From Cystobasidiomycetes sp. EMM_F5 (lineage: Eukaryota), in the NCBI GenBank assembly GCA_051047955.1, contig JBPGPT010000006.1, positions 248,001-312,000 of the forward strand: a stretch of DNA of 64,000 nucleotides, in the 5' to 3' direction. The translations under genes and the position numbers were made by a program. The notes beneath the pieces were generated by a model, which saw nothing but the letters and a program-made list of their open reading frames with translations, was not told the DNA's origin and did no database searches. Positions 57,257-64,000 of the stretch are shown piece after piece; within the stretch, counting starts at the first letter, position 1, and each line of letters opens with the position of its first letter.

Positions 57257-57562
57257 CAGTGTCGCCAGCCCCTCCAGTGTAGTGGTCGCCGGCTACGTCT
57301 TGTACGCTAGTATGAGCAAAGCGCAAAGTGACACATGTTCTGCGCCGCTTGCCAGACCCTCCAAAGTGACTTCATCGACAGTGTTGATTCTAGGTGTCCG
57401 ACAAAGATGCAGAAGATTATGAGGAAGGGAGGATTGGAGATGAAGTCGCCAGCTTCGATAGTCGCCAGAGGTAGGTTGGAGTGGGATTGTATTCTCAAGT
57501 TATGCAAAAACTTTCCCCCGCCATCTTTAGCTTGATATAATCTGGCGTCCCGCCGGCAGTGA

Positions 57563-57907
57563 TTATTCGTCGGCATCATCATCTTCGTCGCTGCCATCTT
57601 GCTCATCGTTTTCGTTGTTGCCGTTTGCCCTGATGTTTCGTCGCTGCTCTTGTGCCAACTTGGCGGCCTCGACCTCTTTGAGCTTCTCAGCTTCTCCGAT
57701 GGCGTCCTTCCACTGCGTCAGTATCCCATTCATGACTGATCTGGCGGAGTCGAGTGCATTTGGCAGGTCTGACTGCTTGGGTACTGGGATGACTTGGGTC
57801 GACGACCGAGTAGCCGCCAATTCTGGAGTTACTGATGCGCCAGCTGGAATGGCAATGGTGTACGATATCCGGATGCTGCGATTGGTCGATGCATCGCTGC
57901 TGGACAT
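57563..57907 (-). CDS. Small acidic-tailed protein, probable EKC/KEOPS subunit Gon7-like
   Basis: IRISYTI…LPNALDSARSVMNGILTQWKDAIG…DEDDDADE resembles basidiomycete Gon7-like proteins (recall, not searched). Confidence 0.55.
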   Translation of the reverse strand: MSSSDASTNRSIRISYTIAIPAGASVTPELAATRSSTQVIPVPKQSDLPNALDSARSVMNGILTQWKDAIGEAEKLKEVEAAKLAQEQRRNIRANGNNENDEQDGSDEDDDADE

Positions 57908-58173
57908 GGCTGATACTGACGTTGGGAAAGCGTTGGTCAAGACGCATCGCCCTGATGTCGCTGCCGGCTGTACTTTTACGGCTGGCGGACATACATGTCT
58001 GACATGCTGATGCACAGTACTGACGCTTTGAATGTACGCCCGGGCAGCCCAGACTATCGACTGGCTCCGTCCGCTTCTGGCTTTCCGCCATTAACGAATA
58101 CCGCAATCGCATTGCGCTCTCAATCTCTTGTCCCTCATATTATATCCTTGCACACTCTGCATCGTTCAAAAGG

Positions 58174-59382
58174 ATGGCGCTGTCGAGGAGCAGCTCTCAG
58201 CCAGCCCTTTCGTTCAGCCGTCGTCGCGGTTCGCTAGACTCCGCAGGCATAGCTACCTTCCCCTCGCCTCATCTCGACTTGCCAGTTCGCCGCTCATCCG
58301 TAAGCGATCTCCGCAAGACTCCAAATTGGGGGAGCCCTCAAACGTCAACGTATCCTTCACGCACACAAACTCCCGTCTCAGCCAGGAGAAACGATCATAG
58401 TTCTACCGGGCCACCATCTCGTCGTGCGTCCATTAGCCAACGGCAGCCTACCCTTACTCAACATCAACGTAGCACATCGCTCACGGGACCCATAACTGCC
58501 AGCGGCAGCCCCGGCACAGCTCCACCTGGCTCCAATTATCCAGACTTTGCTGTCGCTTTAGTACTGTCGGTGTTGTTCGATGGAGCGAAGCAGCTCACCA
58601 TTCGACACTTCTCCAGTCAAAGCGTGTTCGCGAAACCGCGCAGATGTACAGCTACTGTCAATACAGACTTGCAAGCCATAGCTGCACGAATGCCGGACAC
58701 CCACACTGCGGTCATCAGAGCCTCCCGGGAGCTTACTCGTGAGACACTCTTTCGACGGCTTGAGTCGGGTCAATGGGCCACGAATAAATCCAAGCAAGTC
58801 TGCTGGTTCGATTCGACGCCGTCTGGACCCGCGTTGTCTTCGCGTCCCCAGTATACGCTACAACAATCCAAATCGAGCTTACAAAGTCTAAGCTCGGGAC
58901 CGCAGAATTACGCTCCGCAACCACTATCCAAGCCATACCTGCCCTCTGCTGGCTTTCCGCGTCAATCTGTTATTCCCGCACAATCCAGTCAGACAGACCC
59001 CCTTGCTCCCCGTCCAGTTAATATCTTTGGCCCCTTTCCCGCCAACGTATCTAGCACTCCAGCTCCATCTGCCTCAACTCGAGACAACTTCCCCATCCGC
59101 TTGGTGCTCGAACGCTTCGGTAATGAGGAGAAGTTCACGTTGCGTTACATTTCACCCCCGACAGGTCAGCGAGAGCGTTCCCCTTTGGCTTGCACGTCTA
59201 AGATATCGGCCGAGCTGGCTTTGTTGGCCGAGAGTCTCGATCCATCCGACCTGACTGTAAGCGGTCTCCGCAATAGTCCTGGTGGTAGAGGTTTGCGTAC
59301 GTACCGGTACTTGCAACCAGGGCAATGGAAAACGGATAAACACGCAAGGGTGTGCTGGATCTCCTCGGATGCAATTTGGTGA
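58174..59382 (+). CDS. Array copy C: RRxS-rich N-terminus + two copies of the unknown domain; intact
   Basis: 402-aa ORF; domains end LFRRLESGQWATNKSKQVCWF and TYRYLQPGQWKTDKHARVCWISSDAIW. Confidence 0.8.
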   Translation: MALSRSSSQPALSFSRRRGSLDSAGIATFPSPHLDLPVRRSSVSDLRKTPNWGSPQTSTYPSRTQTPVSARRNDHSSTGPPSRRASISQRQPTLTQHQRSTSLTGPITASGSPGTAPPGSNYPDFAVALVLSVLFDGAKQLTIRHFSSQSVFAKPRRCTATVNTDLQAIAARMPDTHTAVIRASRELTRETLFRRLESGQWATNKSKQVCWFDSTPSGPALSSRPQYTLQQSKSSLQSLSSGPQNYAPQPLSKPYLPSAGFPRQSVIPAQSSQTDPLAPRPVNIFGPFPANVSSTPAPSASTRDNFPIRLVLERFGNEEKFTLRYISPPTGQRERSPLACTSKISAELALLAESLDPSDLTVSGLRNSPGGRGLRTYRYLQPGQWKTDKHARVCWISSDAIW

Positions 59383-59684
59383 GCTTTAGAACTGGTCTCG
59401 TGTGCGACTGCATCTACCGCGGGCGCATCAGCGTAGTTGCTCAGATGCGACTCCGCCGCTCGCGTTGAGCATCAGACTCCTGCTTAGAAGCAGGTTCAAA
59501 GACTGGATTATGTCGATGATCGATGATCAACCCCTATAAAGATACTGCTGCTCCAGCAGGAGGGTCGATGGTGTACGATACCTACGGTACCTCACTACTG
59601 TGAGTTACAGATAAAGCATCGCCGAAGTTAAATGCTGATGGGAATGAGGGATGTAGTGACCTGACACTAGTAGAGTGTTAGTGG

Positions 59685-59743
59685 GAATGCATCGCCACGA
59701 TTCTGCTACCCGCTGGAATCGCACGGGCGATGCACAAGTGTGA
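59685..59743 (+). promoter_or_regulatory. Conserved ~59-bp upstream element, copy 1 (ends ~180 bp before copy D ATG; TATAAAA at ~59759)
   Basis: gaatgcatcgcca…cgctggaatcgcacgg…gcacaagtgtga, repeated at 60879-60936. Confidence 0.6.
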
Positions 59744-59921
59744 CATACATTACTGACATATAAAAGCGACGCATCAAAACCTCTGCTGTTCAGATTTTCG
59801 CGATCACACTACTCCGTCCATCTCCCCCAACTGCGATCCCTAAAGTCCACGAAGACGGTAATTGCGTCAATCGTCAGCCTCTCGCTAGCTGGACATCCAC
59901 CTTTTCAACCATCGTCGAAGC

Positions 59922-60596
59922 ATGGCGTTCTTCAGGCGTCTGTCTAACAACGACATGATGCAACAGCGTCGCAAATCGCTACAACCTACAGGCACAACTC
60001 CTTTTCGGTCTGATATTCGTAGCGGTCGCCTCGATATTTACGATCGTCGCTCATCCGAGGTCAATCTACCCTGGACCTCGACCCGGAGGTTTCCCGAGTC
60101 GTCGCGAGGTTCCTCAGGTACAATGAGTCCAGTCTCTGGCGCTCGATACCTGCCCACTACTACTGGCCAATCTACCAATATTGCACAATCCACTGAGATA
60201 AACTCTCGAGTTTCAGGCCCGAGCAACGCCTTCATGCAGCGTGTCAGTTGGGCATTTCGCTCTTCGCCTCCTTCTAACTCGACCCTGGGCGACGTTACTA
60301 TTTGCTTAATGCTCCATCTTCGAGGTGATACGAAGTGGTTCACTTTACAGCGCAACACACCTGGGGGAAAACGGCACAAGAAGCATTCGAAGTCTCCATT
60401 GGCATGCACAGCTGACGTCAAGAATGAGCTAGAGGTATTGGCTGCAAGCCTCGACCTATCTGGAGACAGGGTCAGTCGGATTCGGGAAAGTACCGGTGGT
60501 AGTGGCGAGCGTACGTACGTGAAGTTGTCGCCACAGCAATGGGCAAGGAACCAGCTTGGCGAGGTTGCCTGGCTGTCGCCGGAACCGATCTGGTGA
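59922..60596 (+). CDS. Array copy D: RRxS N-terminus + one unknown domain; intact
   Basis: 224-aa ORF; WFTLQR…SPLACTADVKNELEVLAASL…TYVKLSPQQWARNQLGEVAWLSPEPIW. Confidence 0.8.
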   Translation: MAFFRRLSNNDMMQQRRKSLQPTGTTPFRSDIRSGRLDIYDRRSSEVNLPWTSTRRFPESSRGSSGTMSPVSGARYLPTTTGQSTNIAQSTEINSRVSGPSNAFMQRVSWAFRSSPPSNSTLGDVTICLMLHLRGDTKWFTLQRNTPGGKRHKKHSKSPLACTADVKNELEVLAASLDLSGDRVSRIRESTGGSGERTYVKLSPQQWARNQLGEVAWLSPEPIW

Positions 60597-60878
60597 CCGA
60601 CCGTAGGGCTAGTCCTAAAAGCCCGATGCATCATAGCATTACCATACATTTCTGCTGAGAGTGCGGCTCAGCGCTCGTATTGCAGAAGCAGTCTCTTGCA
60701 TGGATGCATGACTGGAGCTACTCAAGTAATCTCCAGGTATGCTGTCACTACCGCTCCAGCTAGATTGGCCATCGTGGGCAATGCCCGATACTGCGATAGG
60801 CAAGGATGCGTCGCTGATAACGACTCGCTGACGGGAGTGAGCTGAAATGATCATCTGAAATCGTTGGAAAGGCGGTGA

Positions 60879-60936
60879 GAATGCATCGCCATGTGTCGTT
60901 CCTCGCTGGAATCGCACGGCCGACGCACAAGTGTGA
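60879..60936 (+). promoter_or_regulatory. Conserved upstream element, copy 2 (ends ~167 bp before copy E ATG)
   Basis: Same three blocks as 59685-59743. Confidence 0.6.
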
Positions 60937-61102
60937 GTGAAATGCAGACGGACACTACTCGCTTCAATTAGTCCCCGCCTCTCTCTAACTACTCCAACTG
61001 CAGGCCGTGTTTGTCCGTCTCTCGACTAGCAGCTGTCGTCACGTTGGCTCCCTCCCACTGACCGAGCATCACTATCTGTTCGCAACCTCCATCGTCACAC
61101 AG

Positions 61103-62332
61103 ATGACGCTCGCTCGACCCTCTAGACGTCTGTCCGATAGCAATCTTCCGTCAGGTGGCCCTCCCTTCTCGCTAAACACAAAGAATGAAAGGCATTATTT
61201 CGATGCTACGTATCGCCGCTCTTCCGAAGTCAATCTGCCTTGGGCGTTAAAGCGGTCGACTCCTCAGTCGTCGCAACCCCCGTCACGGAGAGCGACTCCT
61301 ACTGCAGCCGCGAGCAAGTCTTATAGCAACGAAGAAGCTAACTTGCGCCGCCAGTCTGACAGCGGTTTTTCCGTGCAGAGCCAGTCGCCAATTGTTTATG
61401 CCCAACCGAAAACCCCGCCGCGTGGCCCTCAGAATCCACATCATCTTCCTAACGTGGCAGCCTCCAAACAGGCTAGCAATGTCGGCTCCACCCTTGCATC
61501 GACCACATACCCAACATTTGCGGTTGCTGTCGTATTGAGGGTGGAAAGGCACGGAACAAAGCACCTAACGATTCGCAACTTCAGTAAAGAGAAGCGTTTT
61601 GCCGCACCGCGCATGTGCACAGCCGAAATTTCTACACAGTTATCAGTTCTAGCTCAGCAAGTACCCCTCACCGATCGAGCAGTTGAAGAAGCGACTAGGA
61701 CGGCTGATTTGGCTCTGTTTCGAACACTTGAGGCGGGTGATTGGGGGTTAAATCAGTCTTTCCAAGTTTGCTTTGTCAACTTCGCGCCGAAACGCCCCCC
61801 GACTTACCTGCGCCTACACCATGAAGCCCGATGGTCGAGCACAAGCTTACAGACAAGGACAGGTCCGCAACGCGATTTACAAGCATTGGTCGGGGCACAC
61901 TCGTCCATCGCTGCCAACGCACCCCGGAGTATCGAACCAACGCGAGGTATTCCGGCAGCCTCAAGAATACAACGCTTGCCAGCCACGATTAGTGAGCTAC
62001 CCGTTCAGGTATCTCGCACTTCGGCTTTGTCTGCCACCAACACAGCCTCAACCGAAGGTACATGCCTTATCCGCCTAGTATTAGAACGTTTCGATGGAAA
62101 GGAGGAATTTACCTTACGATATCCTCTGCCTGGGAAAGGTTATCGTGAACGTCCCCCTATACTGTGCACAGAAAACATCTCGCGGGAGCTGGCTCGACTG
62201 GCCGAGAGTCTCACATCATCCGATAAAATCGTGAGCGCTCTTCGGCAAAGGCCTGGTAGCAGAGGCCTCTGTACGTATCGGCGATTGCTGCCGGAAGAAT
62301 GGAAGATGGACATGAACAAGATCGTTTGCTGA
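61103..62332 (+). CDS. Array copy E: two unknown domains, close paralogue of C; TGA at the terminal conserved Trp
   Basis: YPTFAVAVVL…LFRTLEAGDW…VCF; IRLVLERFDGKEEFTLRY…TYRRLLPEEWKMDMNKIVC*ISPDSLR*. Confidence 0.78.
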   Translation: MTLARPSRRLSDSNLPSGGPPFSLNTKNERHYFDATYRRSSEVNLPWALKRSTPQSSQPPSRRATPTAAASKSYSNEEANLRRQSDSGFSVQSQSPIVYAQPKTPPRGPQNPHHLPNVAASKQASNVGSTLASTTYPTFAVAVVLRVERHGTKHLTIRNFSKEKRFAAPRMCTAEISTQLSVLAQQVPLTDRAVEEATRTADLALFRTLEAGDWGLNQSFQVCFVNFAPKRPPTYLRLHHEARWSSTSLQTRTGPQRDLQALVGAHSSIAANAPRSIEPTRGIPAASRIQRLPATISELPVQVSRTSALSATNTASTEGTCLIRLVLERFDGKEEFTLRYPLPGKGYRERPPILCTENISRELARLAESLTSSDKIVSALRQRPGSRGLCTYRRLLPEEWKMDMNKIVC

Positions 62333-62675
62333 ATTTCTCCGGATTCACTCCGGTAATCGACAATTTTTCAGCGTGCATCTGGTCAGACGCTTATTACGCT
62401 GCAATATCGACGTTGATGTCGTTTCACGACCAAGACGCGGTACTTGCGCCTACTTTCAGAGTAAGACAGCTTTACATGATAGGACCCTCGAAATGAAAGA
62501 ATAAGTCGCGGCTATGCTTGCTACACTGTTGACACAGCTTGTTGCTATCCTTTCTTTTAACGTATCGCAAGGGGCCAGTGCACTAACGGTAGGCTTGCAT
62601 CACGGATGGTCTCTAATCCACAATTTAATCCAAATCAAATCAGTACCACCACTTGCTATCATATCATCATTTACC

Positions 62676-63746
62676 ATGTCCGGCGCCCGGCGACGTCTCT
62701 CCGCCGACAATATACTTCTGCGAGGAAGAGTCCCCTACACTACGGATGCCGACTCTCGAAGGTCTAGTATGAGCAGTACTGTCTCTTCATCCGGCTCTAC
62801 TACTCTGGCACTCCAACGACCCCACAGATCGCAAAGCGTGAGCGAACGACAGATGCCAGTCTGGCAAACGAACCGTCCGCCGTCTTCGACGCCGAGTGTG
62901 CGGCGCGGTTACGGTACTTACGGGGCAATCCATCGATTCCCCATGTTTACCGTTACAATCGTGCTTCATTGGAATCAGTATGGTGACGTTTCGGCGGTTG
63001 TGCTGCCAAATGTCAACGATGTAAATCTGTATTCGCAAGACATCGAGATAGTACAGGCAGATGCTCTAAAGATAGGCCTGGAGTTTTTAGTCAATATTGT
63101 GTTGGCGGGGGATAAGCGCAGGACCACTTCGGGCAACACCATCATATTCCGTTATGTAAGACCCGGTCATTGGGCAAAGGATTCGTCTGACAGGATCTGC
63201 TGGATATCGCAAGAAGCTATAGGAGACCCGACGGTACTGAGCAAAGGCACAGCGGCCCATGCTGTAGTCGGGTCTCAACCCACGATCGCACTCTCGACAA
63301 CATCACAAAAGCTACCATCGTCTCAAACATATGGCGGAAGTCAGCATGCGCGGCCTACTGTTGTCATACCGGGACCTAAGCCTAGGCGTTCCAAACATAC
63401 CCAGCCTTCTACTGACTACTGGCCCCCGCATGCTCTAAGGCTGCTGTTGAGTCTCGCAGTGGGTGGTCATTGGCGATTCACGCTCCACAATATGCAGACG
63501 CAAGGTAGCAAGCAAGCGAGCGTTCCTATTTGCACAGACGAGCTGTATAAAGAACTTCAGAAACTTGCCAACACAGTGGGCACATCGAATACAACCGTTG
63601 CAAAACAACTCATCTCCAAACGATAACAGGACGGCAGCAGTGGATTGCAAACACTTGAGTACTGTGTAATTAATCCGGGCATGTGGAGCACCAATCAAAT
63701 TGGTCAAGTGCAGTGGATCAATAACAGTGCTATTCCACTATATTAA
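62676..63746 (+). pseudogene. Array copy F: two unknown domains, second interrupted by in-frame TAA (63624-63626)
   Basis: Frame continues after TAA as QDGSSGLQTLEYCVINPGMWSTNQIGQVQWINNSAIPLY*, completing the motif. Confidence 0.65.
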
Positions 63747-64000
63747 CAACCTGCTTCACTTTGCTCATGCGTGGTAGACGCGCAATCAATTCATGTGAAT
63801 ATTCTGCCCCCGCTGCAGTCTATCTTGCCGTAAGGTGGCCTGCTGACCACTGGAGCAAATCTCTCTTCCGCGTTTCAATGCCCGGTGGCCGTGGTACAGT
63901 ACGTGACACCACTTTCATAGTCATTGTGTCTGACTCGCATCCTCCCAAAACAGGGCGTCGGCTTCCAAAGTACCACGCAAGTATGTCGCGGTCCATCTGC

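Noticed and set aside
60038..60649. Long antisense ORFs (203 aa here; also 53901-54590 and 12016-12621)
   Set aside because: They are shadows of real genes on the opposite strand and carry no motifs.
62514..62675. Signal-peptide-like 54-aa extension (MLATLLTQLVAILSF…) on array copy F
   Set aside because: Paralogue N-termini align from the ATG at 62676, and no other copy has a signal peptide. The stretch contains an intron-like gtaggc…ctaat…cag. Probably 5' UTR, though not excluded.
55821..63746. RIP-like hypermutation as the cause of the array lesions
   Set aside because: Only two stop-creating changes, in different contexts, and no visible AT enrichment. Not enough evidence.

Overview
Gene-dense eukaryotic DNA with many short (~50-100 nt) GT-AG introns and CTRAC/CTAAC branch sites. 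The protein sequences indicate a basidiomycete fungus, probably a compact-genome yeast; the species cannot be determined from the sequence alone. From 1 to ~55.4 kb the window holds mostly housekeeping genes: Rtp1/TANGO6 (partial), XAP5, mitochondrial S13, PPC decarboxylase, GNT1-like GT8, a secreted aspartic protease, RPA43, an F-box protein, CDK11/PITSLRE, ORC4, MND1, an NTF2-like protein, ALG14, a phenol-monooxygenase-like flavoprotein, a DDT/WHIM protein, a beta-flanking protein, tandem bleomycin hydrolases, an ABC1/ADCK kinase, a SWIB protein, HUT1, COG7 and a LIM protein. The last ~8 kb (55.8-63.75 kb) is a same-strand tandem array of six apparently intronless paralogues. Together they carry nine copies of an ~90-aa domain I do not recognise, ending in (Y/F)xxxxPGxW-x7-(V/I)CW. 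Four copies share RRxS-rich N-termini and two share a conserved upstream DNA element. Three copies have lesions (frameshift, TGA at the Trp codon, in-frame TAA) with the motif continuing past the lesion. A GON7-like gene is nested antisense inside the array. All exon boundaries were read by eye and are approximate.
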